A stretch of 64,000 bases of DNA from positions 23,419-87,418 of the forward strand of contig CANQAY010000001.1 in assembly GCA_947589025.1 (NCBI GenBank), given 5' to 3'. Below are positions 44,096 through 53,863 of this stretch, piece by piece (position 1 is the stretch's first letter; each line of letters starts with the position of its first letter). Made by a program: the position numbers and the translations under genes. This stretch comes from an uncultured Clostridia bacterium (GTDB lineage: Bacteria; Bacillota; Clostridia; Christensenellales; UBA1242). A model generated the notes under the pieces. That model ran no database searches. It was not told the DNA's origin and was given only the letters and a program-made list of their open reading frames with translations.

Positions 44096-44175
44096 ATGCT
44101 ATTTTGTGCGTGTGGGTTGTTTTTATTCTTTCAATTTCTCTTTACTTTTTTTAAACTTTATGATATAATCATAAA

Positions 44176-44562
44176 ATGCAAATTAAAAATGAAAGTTACC
44201 TTAAAAATGCTTTGGTGCTGGCGTATCTTGGGGATAGCGTATTTTCCACGATGGTTAGGGAATATCTTGTTAAAAATGATAATTTAAAGCCAAGCGGATT
44301 AAACAAACTTGCCAACAGTGTGGTGTGTGCAAAGGCGCAAGCGCTTTTGTTGGATGAAATTAAGCCAATTTTAACCGAAACCGAGCAAGATATTATGTTG
44401 CGAACAAGAAACAGCCATTTAAACAGTAAATCTAAGCACAGCACACTAACTGAATATAGCAAAGCAACGCAATTTGAAGCACTTGTGGGATATTGGTTTT
44501 TGAATGACGATAACGCTAGGTTAACTGAAATTTTTAATAATTATGTGGTAGGTAAATTATGA
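44176..44562 (+). CDS. mrnC: Mini-ribonuclease 3
   Basis: 128 aa. LAYLGDSVFSTMVREYLV and a Glu-containing RNase III-like signature. Synteny with rlmB-sigH matches B. subtilis (yazC-yacO...sigH). Confidence 0.85.
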   Translation: MQIKNESYLKNALVLAYLGDSVFSTMVREYLVKNDNLKPSGLNKLANSVVCAKAQALLLDEIKPILTETEQDIMLRTRNSHLNSKSKHSTLTEYSKATQFEALVGYWFLNDDNARLTEIFNNYVVGKL

Positions 44563-45275
44563 TTGTTGATGGAATTAATGTTGTAAAAGAGTTGTTGAAC
44601 GCAAATAAAAAAATTGAAAAAGTGATAGTGGAAAATAACAATAATAGGGATTTATTAAACATTATTGATAGTTGCCGTGCAAAAAATGTGCCGGTTGAGG
44701 TTGTGGATAAACAAAAATTGGAGCGCATTAAGCCCAAAACACAAGGCGCTATTGCGTTTGTGCCAAATTTTAAATATTGTGAAGTTAAAGATATTTTGTT
44801 GGAGGCAGAGCGCAAGGGCACTAAACCATTTATTGTTATTTTAGATGGCATTGAAGACCCGCACAATTTGGGCGCAATTGTAAGAACATGTGAATGCGCT
44901 GGGGTGGATGGAGTTATTATTCCTGAAAACCGCGCAAGCGAAATAACCGATACCGTTTATAAAACCAGTGCGGGCGCGGTGGCGCATATGAAAATTTGCA
45001 AGGTAACTAACATTGCGCGCACTGTGGAAGAACTTAAAAAATTAAACATTTGGGTTTATGCTTTAGAGACAGGCGGCAAAAAAATTTATAAGGCGGATTT
45101 TACCTACCCAACCGCACTAATTATTGGCAGCGAGGGTAAGGGTGTTTCTCGCCTAGTTAAAGAGCGGGCAGATGAAGTGCTTTCGCTTGACATGTTTGGC
45201 AAGGTAAACAGCTTAAATGCGTCCAACGCGGGCGCAATTGCAATATATGAAGTTGTAAGGCAAAGAAGAGGGTAA
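44559..45275 (+). CDS. rlmB: 23S rRNA (guanosine-2'-O)-methyltransferase RlmB (SpoU/TrmH family)
   Basis: 238 aa. DGIEDPHNLGAIVRT, LIIGSEGKGVS and SLNASNAGAIAIYE are the SpoU motifs. Confidence 0.88.
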   Translation: MIVDGINVVKELLNANKKIEKVIVENNNNRDLLNIIDSCRAKNVPVEVVDKQKLERIKPKTQGAIAFVPNFKYCEVKDILLEAERKGTKPFIVILDGIEDPHNLGAIVRTCECAGVDGVIIPENRASEITDTVYKTSAGAVAHMKICKVTNIARTVEELKKLNIWVYALETGGKKIYKADFTYPTALIIGSEGKGVSRLVKERADEVLSLDMFGKVNSLNASNAGAIAIYEVVRQRRG

Positions 45276-45277
45276 AT

Positions 45278-45874
45278 TTGGCAGAAGAAATTGTTAGTTT
45301 AATAGCACGTGCCCAGCAGCGGGATAGTTTGGCAATGGAAAGTTTAATTAGAATGTTTAAGCCGAAAGTTATTGCCATTTCTCGTGAATATTTTTTAATT
45401 GGCGCGGATGTTGACGATTTAATTCAGGAGGGCATGATTGGCTTATATAAAGCCATTATGATATATGACGAAAGCAAAAACCACAACTTTGGCGCGTTTG
45501 CTTCACTTTGCATTCATAGGCAGATGCAAAACGCTGTTAAACTGGCAAACAGGCAAAAAAATTTGCCGCTAAATGGCTATTTGCCAATTAACTATTTTGG
45601 CGGAGTTAATGATGAGCAAACAAAAAGTAACATTGTTATTGTGGACGATAATAGCGATTTTGAAAAAGAATATATAGACAAAGAACTTAATGCCATTTTA
45701 ATAAGCAAAGTTAAAGATATTTTAACCGAAAGTCAGTTTGAACTTTTAAAAATGTTTTTAAATGGGCTAAGTTATAGCACAATTGCCGAAAGGCTTGACA
45801 TTTCTGTTAAACAAGTGGATAATAATTTACAAGCAATAAAGAAAAAAATTAGGGCTTTAAAAGGAGATATTTAA
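45278..45874 (+). CDS. sigH: RNA polymerase sigma factor SigH
   Basis: 198 aa with a TTG start. EYFLIGADVDDLIQEGMIGLYKAI closely parallels B. subtilis SigH (YFLIGADREDIVQEGMIGLYKSI). It has a C-terminal region 4 HTH and matching synteny. Confidence 0.85.
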   Translation: MAEEIVSLIARAQQRDSLAMESLIRMFKPKVIAISREYFLIGADVDDLIQEGMIGLYKAIMIYDESKNHNFGAFASLCIHRQMQNAVKLANRQKNLPLNGYLPINYFGGVNDEQTKSNIVIVDDNSDFEKEYIDKELNAILISKVKDILTESQFELLKMFLNGLSYSTIAERLDISVKQVDNNLQAIKKKIRALKGDI

Positions 45875-47346
45875 TGAATTTGGCACTTTATAGGGAGTTC
45901 CGCCCCAAAAGTTTTGAAGATGTTGTTGGGCAAGATTATATAATTCAAACGTTAAAAAATCAAATAAAAACCAACAGGCTAACGCATGCTTATCTCTTTT
46001 GCGGCCCACGAGGAACAGGTAAAACCAGCACGGCAAAAATTTTTGCCCGCGCAGTTAACTGCACACATTCAATTGATGGTGAGCCATGCAACATGTGTGC
46101 TGAATGCGTTGCACTAAGCGAGCCCAACACTGATATTGTTGAAATTGACGCTGCATCCAACAACCGCGTGGAAGAAATTAGAGATTTGCGCGAAAAGGTT
46201 AACTTTCCGCCACTTATTGGCAAATATAAAGTGTATATTATTGACGAAGTGCACATGCTAACCGATAGCGCCTTTAATGCCCTTTTAAAAACGCTTGAAG
46301 AACCACCAAAACACGTTATATTTATTCTTGCCACAACTGAAATTCATAAACTGCCAGCCACAATATTATCACGCTGCACCAGGTTTGATTTTAAATTGTT
46401 GCCAATTAACACATTGGTTGAACATCTAAAAAAGGTGTTTGAAAAAAAGAACATAACCTGCGATGAAAAAAGTTTGCACCTCATTGCAAAGGCGGGTGAA
46501 GGCAGTGTTAGAGATATGCTTTCGGTGGCGGATAGTGTGGCATCATTTAGCAACTATAACATAACGGTGGAAACCACAGAACAAGTTATTGGTCTTTCTA
46601 ATAAAGATAGCATTAAAAACATTCTTTTATCAATTGCAAATAAAGATGTTGCTGGCATTTTCGTTAACATAAAACAGGCTTTAGGCAATGGCAAAAACAT
46701 TCAAGTTTTGTGCAAAGAAATGGCGGATTTTATTAAAAATTTAATTATGGTTAAAGTTGGCGTTGGAGATTACGCAGTGTTAGATATTTTGCCTGGGGAA
46801 TTTGCTTCAATTGCGGATATTGCCGCCAAGTTTGACATAAATTATTTAAAACAGGCCTTTAATAAATTTTCGGAAATTGAGCTGGATTTAAAATATAGCC
46901 TGAACCCAGAAAATTTGTTTGAAAGTGTTTGTTTGCAACTTGTGGATGTTGGCAATATGCCCACTGCAAATGCCACAAAGTTAACAGTAACTGCACAACC
47001 CAAGCAGCAAGAAAAACCAACGCAAACCCTCGATGCCGATAAATTGTGGGGCAATGTGTTAATTAAGGTTAAAGAAAACAATTTGTTTGCCCTTTCTAAC
47101 GCACTTAAAAATGTTAACAAGGTGGAGGTTGCTAATCAAAAATTAATTCTGCACACAAACGATTTGTCTAGCCACGAAATGATTGACAACCAAGATAGAA
47201 TTAATGTAATATTAAGAATGGTTAACCTTTTTGATGACGGCATTACGGCCGTTGAAGTGGTGTACGATAAGGACAGTGCTTCTACGCAAGATATTAAAGA
47301 TAACCTAAAAGAAGTTTTTAAAAACAAAATTAAGTTTAAGGAGTAA
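45874..47346 (+). CDS. dnaX: DNA polymerase III subunit gamma/tau
   Basis: 490 aa with Walker A GPRGTGKTS, the Zn module CNMCAEC, the DEVHML box and SRC. RBS aaggag. Confidence 0.93.
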   Translation: MNLALYREFRPKSFEDVVGQDYIIQTLKNQIKTNRLTHAYLFCGPRGTGKTSTAKIFARAVNCTHSIDGEPCNMCAECVALSEPNTDIVEIDAASNNRVEEIRDLREKVNFPPLIGKYKVYIIDEVHMLTDSAFNALLKTLEEPPKHVIFILATTEIHKLPATILSRCTRFDFKLLPINTLVEHLKKVFEKKNITCDEKSLHLIAKAGEGSVRDMLSVADSVASFSNYNITVETTEQVIGLSNKDSIKNILLSIANKDVAGIFVNIKQALGNGKNIQVLCKEMADFIKNLIMVKVGVGDYAVLDILPGEFASIADIAAKFDINYLKQAFNKFSEIELDLKYSLNPENLFESVCLQLVDVGNMPTANATKLTVTAQPKQQEKPTQTLDADKLWGNVLIKVKENNLFALSNALKNVNKVEVANQKLILHTNDLSSHEMIDNQDRINVILRMVNLFDDGITAVEVVYDKDSASTQDIKDNLKEVFKNKIKFKE

Positions 47347-47348
47347 TT

Positions 47349-47678
47349 ATGCAATATAGAGGTGGTTTTGGTGGCGGCATGAACATGAACGCCCTTATGA
47401 ATCAGGCAAGAAAAATGCAAGAGCAAATGCAAAAAGCGCAAGAGGAATTAAACGAAGCTGAAGTTGTTGGCAAAGCTGGCGGCGAGATGGTGGTTATAAC
47501 CATGAGCGGCAAAGGTGAAATTAAATCGGTTAAACTAAACAAAGCAGCGGTGGACCCAGACGATGTTGAAATGTTGGAAGATTTAATTATTGTTGCAATT
47601 AAAGATGCTGCCCAAAAGGCAGAACAGCTTAAAAATGAAAAGATGGGCGGCATGGCTGGCATGGGCGGTTTAATGTAA
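47349..47678 (+). CDS. ybaB: Nucleoid-associated protein YbaB/EbfC
   Basis: 109 aa. MNQARKMQEQMQKAQEEL...G.GGMVV and the position between dnaX and recR are diagnostic. Confidence 0.9.
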   Translation: MQYRGGFGGGMNMNALMNQARKMQEQMQKAQEELNEAEVVGKAGGEMVVITMSGKGEIKSVKLNKAAVDPDDVEMLEDLIIVAIKDAAQKAEQLKNEKMGGMAGMGGLM

Positions 47679-48262
47679 TGGAAAGTTTAGATAAACTTAT
47701 AAATGAACTATCACGTTTGCCGGCTGTTGGCAAAAAAACGGCGCAGAGATACGCCTATTTTTTGCTTGGTGAGCCGCTGGAAGAAGTTAAAGAATTTGCT
47801 TTAAGCATTGTTGAGGCCAAACAAAAAATTCATTATTGCAAAATATGTGCAAATTTTACCGATAAAGAAATTTGTGATATTTGCGCAAAACCAAATAAAG
47901 CGCCCATTATTTGTGTGGTTAAAGAACCTAAAGATGTTACCGCACTTGAAAAGGTGAGGGATTTTAACGGAAGTTATCATGTTTTGCATGGCGTTATTAA
48001 TCCACTTGAAAATAAAGGTCCTAACGACATTAACATCCGCTCGCTTTTAACAAGAGTGAATGAAGAAAAAATAGAAGAAGTTATTGTTGCCACCAACCCA
48101 GATGTGGAAGGTGAAGCAACGGCAATTTATATTGCCAACTTGTTAAAACCGTTGGGCGTTAAAGTAACCCGCTTGGCGCAGGGCGTTAGCATGGGCAGCG
48201 AACTTGAATATACCGATGCATTAACGCTTTCCAAGGCTTTATCATCTAGGCGAGAAATGTAA
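47678..48262 (+). CDS. recR: Recombination protein RecR
   Basis: 194 aa with the HhH LPAVGKKTAQR, the C4 zinc finger CKICANF...CDIC and a Toprim domain. Confidence 0.93.
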   Translation: MESLDKLINELSRLPAVGKKTAQRYAYFLLGEPLEEVKEFALSIVEAKQKIHYCKICANFTDKEICDICAKPNKAPIICVVKEPKDVTALEKVRDFNGSYHVLHGVINPLENKGPNDINIRSLLTRVNEEKIEEVIVATNPDVEGEATAIYIANLLKPLGVKVTRLAQGVSMGSELEYTDALTLSKALSSRREM

Positions 48263-48297
48263 AATCTTACCCCTTTGTAAGATTTTGTTTTTTTTAT
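48262..48297 (+). terminator. Rho-independent terminator after recR
   Basis: AAATCTTAC-CCCTTT-GTAAGATTT followed by a T-run. Confidence 0.8.
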
Positions 48298-48395
48298 GCA
48301 CATATTGTCTTTATTATTAGAAAAGGTCAATGTTTAACATTTTAGTTTACAAATTTTTTTATTTATGTTAATATTATTCAAATTTAGGAGTTATT

Positions 48396-51107
48396 ATGGG
48401 ACTATTATCTTATCTTTTTGCATCAGATAACAAACGCAGTTTGATGAAAATTGAAAAAATTGTTAAAAAAATTGAAGATTTAGCAGATAAATACGCCGGC
48501 ATGACGGATGACGAACTTCAAGCGCAAACCCCCATTTTAAAAGAAAAACTTAAAAATGGCAGCACAATGGATGAAATTCTGCCAGATGCTTTTGCGCTTG
48601 TTAGGGAGGCTTCTACGCGTGTGCTTGGGCAAAGGCACTTTCATGTGCAACTTATTGGCGGCATAGTGCTTCATCAGGGCCGTATTGCCGAAATGCGCAC
48701 CGGTGAAGGTAAAACTTTAACCGCCACCACAGCTGTTTATTTAAATGCGCTTACGGGCAACAATGTGCACGTTATAACCGTTAACGAATATTTGGCAACT
48801 TATCAGGCAGAGCTTATGGGCAGGCTTTATAAATTTTTGGGGCTTACAATTGGTGTAACACTTTCCGGCCAAAGCCCAGAAGAGAAAAAGCAGGCCTATT
48901 TGTGTGACATAACCTATGGCACAAACAGTGAATTTGGCTTTGACTATCTGCGCGATAACATGCAACAAAACAAAGAATATAAAGTGCAACGCGGCCACAC
49001 TTTTTGCATTGTGGATGAGGTTGACTCTATTTTAATTGATGAGGCCCGCACACCTTTAATTATTTCGGGCGTTGGCGGCAAAATTAGCCAGCTTTACACT
49101 GTGGCAGATACCTTTGCAAAGCGCCTTAATGCACTTACGGATGTGGATATTGACCAAAAGCACAAGCAAATTAGATTAACTGAAGAGGGCGTTAGAAAAG
49201 CCGAAAACTTTTTTAAGTTGGATAACCTTTCCGACATCAACAACCTAGAAATTAACCATCACATAAACAATGCACTTAAAGCCAACTTTATTATGAAGAA
49301 AGACATTAACTACATCGTTAGGGATGACGAAGTGCTTATTGTTGACGAATTTACCGGCCGCATTATGCAAGGCAGGCGCTATTCTGATGGCCTTCATCAG
49401 GCAATTGAAGCCAAAGAGGGCGTTAAAATTAAAGACGAAAATAAAACGCTTGCAACAATAACTTTGCAAAACTATTTTAAACTTTATTCTAAACTTAGCG
49501 GAATGACCGGTACCGCAAAAACCGAAGAAAGCGAATTTAACAAAATTTACAACCTAGATGTTGTTACCATACCAACCAACAAACCAGTTTTGCGTATTGA
49601 TGAGCAAGATATGATTTTTTACACAGAAGACGCAAAATATAAGGCCATTGTTGAAGAAATAAAATCTAAATACGAAAAAGGGCAGCCAATTTTGGTGGGC
49701 ACAGCCTCGGTTGAAAAAAGTGAGCGCATTTCTAAAGAAATTAAAAAATTGGGCATTCCTCACAACCTTTTAAATGCTAAAAACCATGAGTTGGAAAGCC
49801 AAATTATAGCACAGTCGGGCAGGGTTAAAGCGGTTACCATTGCCACCAACATGGCGGGCCGTGGAACGGATATTTTGTTGGGCGGCAACCCCGAATTTTT
49901 GGCAAAACAAAAAATGACGCAGCAAAATGTTAGCCCAGAAACACTTGAAAAAATTACCAGTTATAACAGCAATTTAACAGAAGAAGAGCAAAAATTAAAA
50001 GAAAAATATAATAAATATTACACCGATTTTAAAGAGATTACCGATGGCGAAAAACAACAGGTTATTGCACTTGGTGGGCTTCACATTTTGGGCACGGAAA
50101 GGCATGAATCTAGGCGTATTGATAACCAGTTGCGTGGTCGTGCTGGCCGTCAGGGGGATCCGGGCAGCAGCATTTTCTTCATTTCGCTGGAAGATGATTT
50201 GCCTCAGCGCTTTGGTGAGGATAGAATGAAAAACTGGTTTTCAATTGCCTTCCGCGGAAATGAGGATATGCCATTGCAATCTCGCATTTTAACCAAATTT
50301 TTTGAAACCGCACAAAAGAAAGTGGAAAGCATGAACTTTAGCATGCGTAAAAACGTGCTTGAATATGACGATGTGCTTAACAAACAGCGCCAAATTATTT
50401 ATGCCGAGCGAGATAAAGTGCTGGATGGTGTGGATGTGCACTCTCAAGTGGTTGAAATGATGAAAGACTACGTTTTTGAACTGTGCAACACTTATCTTGA
50501 CGAAACAAAGCCAAGTTACGAGTGGGATTTAGAGCCTGTTAACAAAGCGCTTGAAGATAAACTTTTGGATAAAGGCACAAACATGGTAACAAGCGAATTT
50601 GTTGAAGGGCAGGATGTTAATTCTACCGCACAACTTGTGTTTGAAAAGATTTTGGAAAATTATGAAAAAAAGGTGGCGGAAGTTAACAAACTTGAAAAAT
50701 TGGGCATAACTTTTGCCCGCATTGAACGTGATACACTTTTGCGCGTTGTTGATAAATTTTGGACTGACCATATAGACGCCATGAACACTCTGCGCAACGA
50801 AATTGGCATTTTGGCTTACGGACAAAAAGACCCTATTGTTGCCTATAAAAATGATGGCTTTGAAATGTTTGACACTATGATTTCTAACATTAGGGAATAC
50901 ACTGCATCTGCGCTTTACCGAACAAAAATTGCAATTAACATTCAACCAAACAGACCATCAGGCCCTATTGCAATGGGCAATGTTAACAAGGCGGCAGAAA
51001 ACCCAATAAATAAGCGCACCGCACATATTAACAGGAACGACCCTTGCCCATGTGGCAGCGGCAAAAAATATAAAAACTGCTGCATGTTAAAAGATAATAA
51101 AAAATAA
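48396..51107 (+). CDS. secA: Preprotein translocase ATPase SecA
   Basis: 903 aa with MRTGEGKTL Walker A, the DEVDSILIDEARTPLIISG DEAD-like box, and the C-terminal zinc motif CPCGSGKKYKNCC. Confidence 0.96.
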   Translation: MGLLSYLFASDNKRSLMKIEKIVKKIEDLADKYAGMTDDELQAQTPILKEKLKNGSTMDEILPDAFALVREASTRVLGQRHFHVQLIGGIVLHQGRIAEMRTGEGKTLTATTAVYLNALTGNNVHVITVNEYLATYQAELMGRLYKFLGLTIGVTLSGQSPEEKKQAYLCDITYGTNSEFGFDYLRDNMQQNKEYKVQRGHTFCIVDEVDSILIDEARTPLIISGVGGKISQLYTVADTFAKRLNALTDVDIDQKHKQIRLTEEGVRKAENFFKLDNLSDINNLEINHHINNALKANFIMKKDINYIVRDDEVLIVDEFTGRIMQGRRYSDGLHQAIEAKEGVKIKDENKTLATITLQNYFKLYSKLSGMTGTAKTEESEFNKIYNLDVVTIPTNKPVLRIDEQDMIFYTEDAKYKAIVEEIKSKYEKGQPILVGTASVEKSERISKEIKKLGIPHNLLNAKNHELESQIIAQSGRVKAVTIATNMAGRGTDILLGGNPEFLAKQKMTQQNVSPETLEKITSYNSNLTEEEQKLKEKYNKYYTDFKEITDGEKQQVIALGGLHILGTERHESRRIDNQLRGRAGRQGDPGSSIFFISLEDDLPQRFGEDRMKNWFSIAFRGNEDMPLQSRILTKFFETAQKKVESMNFSMRKNVLEYDDVLNKQRQIIYAERDKVLDGVDVHSQVVEMMKDYVFELCNTYLDETKPSYEWDLEPVNKALEDKLLDKGTNMVTSEFVEGQDVNSTAQLVFEKILENYEKKVAEVNKLEKLGITFARIERDTLLRVVDKFWTDHIDAMNTLRNEIGILAYGQKDPIVAYKNDGFEMFDTMISNIREYTASALYRTKIAINIQPNRPSGPIAMGNVNKAAENPINKRTAHINRNDPCPCGSGKKYKNCCMLKDNKK

Positions 51108-51129
51108 ATTGGCTTTTGCCAATTTTTTT
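51107..51129 (+). terminator. Rho-independent terminator after secA
   Basis: AATTGGC-TTTT-GCCAATT followed by a T-run. Confidence 0.8.
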
Positions 51130-51178
51130 AACTTGACTAATTTTTATTTTGTGATATAATATCTGTTAAGGAGAACAT

Positions 51179-51571
51179 ATGCAAATATCCACAAAAGGCA
51201 GGCACGCCGTGCGCATTATGGCAGATTTGGCAAGAAACAGCGGCAACTATGTTTCAATTAACGAAATTGCTTCACGCCAAGGCATAACAATAAAGTATTT
51301 GGAAAAAATTATGGGCATGCTAAACAAAAAAAAGCTTGTTTTAAGCATGCGCGGGGCAAATGGCGGATACAAACTTGTTAAGCCCGCTAAAGATTATTCT
51401 GTGTTGGAAATTTTAGAGGCGGTTGGCGATGGCACAAAAATTGCTAGTTGCACCATTCATGGTGACTGCACCCGGCAAGATAAGTGTGACACCATGAAAG
51501 TTTGGTTTAAACTCTCTAACCTTATTAACGATTATTTAAAAACAATTACGCTTGAAGATTTAATTAAATAA
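51179..51571 (+). CDS. iscR: Rrf2-family transcriptional regulator, IscR-like
   Basis: 130 aa with an N-terminal winged HTH. The C-x5-C-x5-C spacing (CTIHGDCTRQDKC) equals that of the IscR Fe-S ligands. It lies directly upstream of nifS-nifU. Confidence 0.75.
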   Translation: MQISTKGRHAVRIMADLARNSGNYVSINEIASRQGITIKYLEKIMGMLNKKKLVLSMRGANGGYKLVKPAKDYSVLEILEAVGDGTKIASCTIHGDCTRQDKCDTMKVWFKLSNLINDYLKTITLEDLIK

Positions 51572-51622
51572 AATGTTTTGTTATTTTGCTTGACAAAGCA
51601 TTTTTTTAATGCTAATATATAA

Positions 51623-51646
51623 ATATCCTACTAAAAGGTAGGATAT
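51623..51646. promoter_or_regulatory. 24-bp palindrome (Rrf2/IscR-type operator candidate) overlapping the nifS transcription start region
   Basis: ATATCCTACTAAAAGGTAGGATAT (9/10 inverted half-sites) lies immediately downstream of the promoter TTGACA...TAATAT (-10 at 51613-51618). Its architecture resembles the IscR type-1 site ATAsyyGACTrwwwyAGTCrrsTAT. Confidence 0.5.
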
Positions 51647-51683
51647 AAAATTTATAAATGGAAATAGTATTATAAGGAGATTT

Positions 51684-52868
51684 ATGATTTATTTAGATAA
51701 CGCTGGCACAACTAAAATGGATGAAGATGTTAAAAAGGCTATGCTAAAATATTTTGATGAGGAATATGGCAATGCATCCAGCCTGCACTCTTTGGGGCAG
51801 CGCGCTAAAGAGCAACTTGAAATTGCGCGCACGCAAATTGCAAAAGCCATCAATGCACAGCCTAACGAAATTTATTTTACTTCTGGCGGCAGTGAAAGTG
51901 ACAACCAGGCCATATTATCCATTGCACATATGGGCAAACTTAAAAATAAAAGGCACATTATAACAACAAAAATAGAGCATCACGCCGTTTTGCACACACT
52001 TGAAAAGCTTGAAAAAGACGGTTTTGATGTGACCTATCTCGATGTTATGCCAAATGGCATTGTGGATGTTAAAGCGCTTAAAAAAGCAATAAAAAAGGAT
52101 ACTGTTTTAGTTTGCGTTATGTTTGCTAATAACGAAATTGGCACAATTCAGCCAATTGCCGAAATTGGCGAACTTTGCAAGCAAAAGGGCATAACTTTCT
52201 TTACCGATGCAGTGCAAGCGGTTGGGCATTTGCCAATTGACGTTAAGGCACTGAATATAGATATGCTGAGCATGTCCGCACACAAATTTCACGGGCCAAA
52301 AGGCGTGGGCGCGCTGTTTGTAAAGCGTGGCACACCAATTTTTAGCCTTATTGAGGGCGGCGCACAGGAAAATAACAAGCGCGCAGGCACTGAAAATTTG
52401 GCGGGCATTGTGGGCATGGCAACTGCACTAACAAAAGCAGTTAAGGAAATGGACAAGGTTAATAAAAAACTTGTTAAGTTAAGGGATAAACTTATTAAAG
52501 CGCTTTTAAAAGTTCCGCACAGTGCACTTAATGGGGACGCTGTAAATAGGCTAGCAAACAATGTTAATTTGTGCTTTGAAGGCATTGAGGGGGAAAGCCT
52601 GCTTTTAATGTTGGATGACGAGGGCATTTGCGCATCTTCGGGCAGCGCTTGCACTTCTGGCTCGTTGGACCCATCTCACGTGCTGTTGGCCATCGGCAGG
52701 CCGCACGAAGTTGCACACGGCTCACTAAGGCTAACGATGAGCAAATATACAACGGAAGAGGATGTTAACAAAGTTATTAAAGTTGTGCCTAAAATTGTGG
52801 AATATTTAAGAAAAATGTCCCCAGTTTGGGACGAATTGGAAAAAGGAGAAAGAAAACATGTTTTATAG
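51684..52868 (+). CDS. nifS: Cysteine desulfurase NifS/IscS
   Basis: 394 aa with the PLP lysine in SAHKFHGPKG and the catalytic Cys loop SSGSACTSG. Confidence 0.93.
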   Translation: MIYLDNAGTTKMDEDVKKAMLKYFDEEYGNASSLHSLGQRAKEQLEIARTQIAKAINAQPNEIYFTSGGSESDNQAILSIAHMGKLKNKRHIITTKIEHHAVLHTLEKLEKDGFDVTYLDVMPNGIVDVKALKKAIKKDTVLVCVMFANNEIGTIQPIAEIGELCKQKGITFFTDAVQAVGHLPIDVKALNIDMLSMSAHKFHGPKGVGALFVKRGTPIFSLIEGGAQENNKRAGTENLAGIVGMATALTKAVKEMDKVNKKLVKLRDKLIKALLKVPHSALNGDAVNRLANNVNLCFEGIEGESLLLMLDDEGICASSGSACTSGSLDPSHVLLAIGRPHEVAHGSLRLTMSKYTTEEDVNKVIKVVPKIVEYLRKMSPVWDELEKGERKHVL

Positions 52869-53250
52869 CGAAAAGGTTATGGACCATTTTAGAAATCCGC
52901 GCAATGTGGGTGAAATTCCGGACGCGGACGGCGTTGGCGAAGTTGGCAACGCAAAATGCGGCGATATTATGCGCATGTACATTAAAGTTAAGGATAATAA
53001 AATTGACGATGTTAAATTTATGACCTTCGGATGCGGCAGCGCTATCGCCACAAGTTCAATTGCAACCGAACTTATTAAGGGCAAACCAATTGATGAGGCG
53101 GTAAAACTTTCCAACCAGGCGGTGGTTGAAGCACTTGACGGGTTGCCTGCACACAAAATTCACTGCTCGGTTTTGGCAGAAGAGGCAGTTAAAGCGGCCG
53201 TTGAAGATTATTATAAAAAACACCCAAAAACAAAAACCAAAAACAAATAA
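52858..53250 (+). CDS. nifU: Fe-S cluster assembly scaffold NifU/IscU
   Basis: 130 aa with three scaffold cysteines in GNAKCGD, FGCGSAIA and HCS. Confidence 0.92.
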   Translation: MFYSEKVMDHFRNPRNVGEIPDADGVGEVGNAKCGDIMRMYIKVKDNKIDDVKFMTFGCGSAIATSSIATELIKGKPIDEAVKLSNQAVVEALDGLPAHKIHCSVLAEEAVKAAVEDYYKKHPKTKTKNK

Positions 53251-53285
53251 TTTGCGTGGCAAAATTGGGATTTAAAGCATTATAA

Positions 53286-53309
53286 TGTCCACCTAGGGTG
53301 GGCATTTTT
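53286..53309 (+). terminator. Rho-independent terminator after nifU
   Basis: TGTCCACC-TAG-GGTGGGCA followed by TTTTT. Confidence 0.75.
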
Positions 53310-53596
53310 GTTGCAAAATTTTTTAAATTAAGCAATAAAACATTTGTTATTCAAATTGTTTTAATAAAAAACCATAAAGTTATAACTGAAGATAGGGGAA
53401 GGTTTTTTAATAAAGTTTATTATACGGCAAAGGCCTTTTGCACACTTTGGCTTAAATTTAAAAATTAAATTGAACAACAAACCGTTAACATTATCCAAAT
53501 TTGAAAACGATGGCTAGTTTGGGGTTGCTTTTTTAAAAGTTTAAATGTTTAAATGCAAATTTATTCTAAAATTTTCAAAATTTTGTTGAAAAGTTA

Positions 53597-53625
53597 TTGA
53601 CAAATGCTTAAATCTTTGCTATTAT
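53597..53625 (+). promoter_or_regulatory. Promoter of the tRNA-Ala/tRNA-Ile pair
   Basis: TTGACA at 53597-53602, a 17-nt spacer, and TATTAT at 53620-53625, 16 nt before the tRNA-Ala 5' end. Confidence 0.55.
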
Positions 53626-53641
53626 TACTCTTGTCATTGAT

Positions 53642-53718
53642 GGGGGATTAGCTCAGTTGGCTAGAGCACCTGCCTTGCAAGCAGGGGGTCAGCGGTTCGA
53701 ATCCGCTATTCTCCACCA
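53642..53718 (+). tRNA. tRNA-Ala (anticodon TGC), CCA encoded
   Basis: Acceptor GGGGGAT/ATTCTCC including the G3:U70 alanine identity pair. Anticodon loop CTTGCAA and T-loop TTCGAAT. Confidence 0.95.
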
Positions 53719-53720
53719 AA

Positions 53721-53797
53721 TGAGATGTAGCTCAGCAGGTTAGAGCACCACCCTGATAAGGTGGGGGTCGGTGGTTCGAGTCCACTCATCTCAACCA
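53721..53797 (+). tRNA. tRNA-Ile (anticodon GAT), CCA encoded
   Basis: Acceptor TGAGATG/CATCTCA (U1:A72), anticodon stem CCACC/GGTGG, anticodon loop CTGATAA and T-loop TTCGAGT. Confidence 0.9.
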
Positions 53798-53863
53798 AAT
53801 AAAGTAGGGTAACCTGCTTTTTTTTAGACCCCCACCTTAAACGAAACGAAAGTGAAGTATAAT

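Noticed and set aside
53310-53596. The ~290-bp gene-free stretch between the nifU terminator and the tRNA promoter as a possible ncRNA or small-gene locus.
   Set aside because: I found no convincing promoter-terminator pair, conserved-looking helix or RBS-preceded ORF. The one near-palindrome (GGCAAAGGCCTTTTGC) has no loop and no U-tract.
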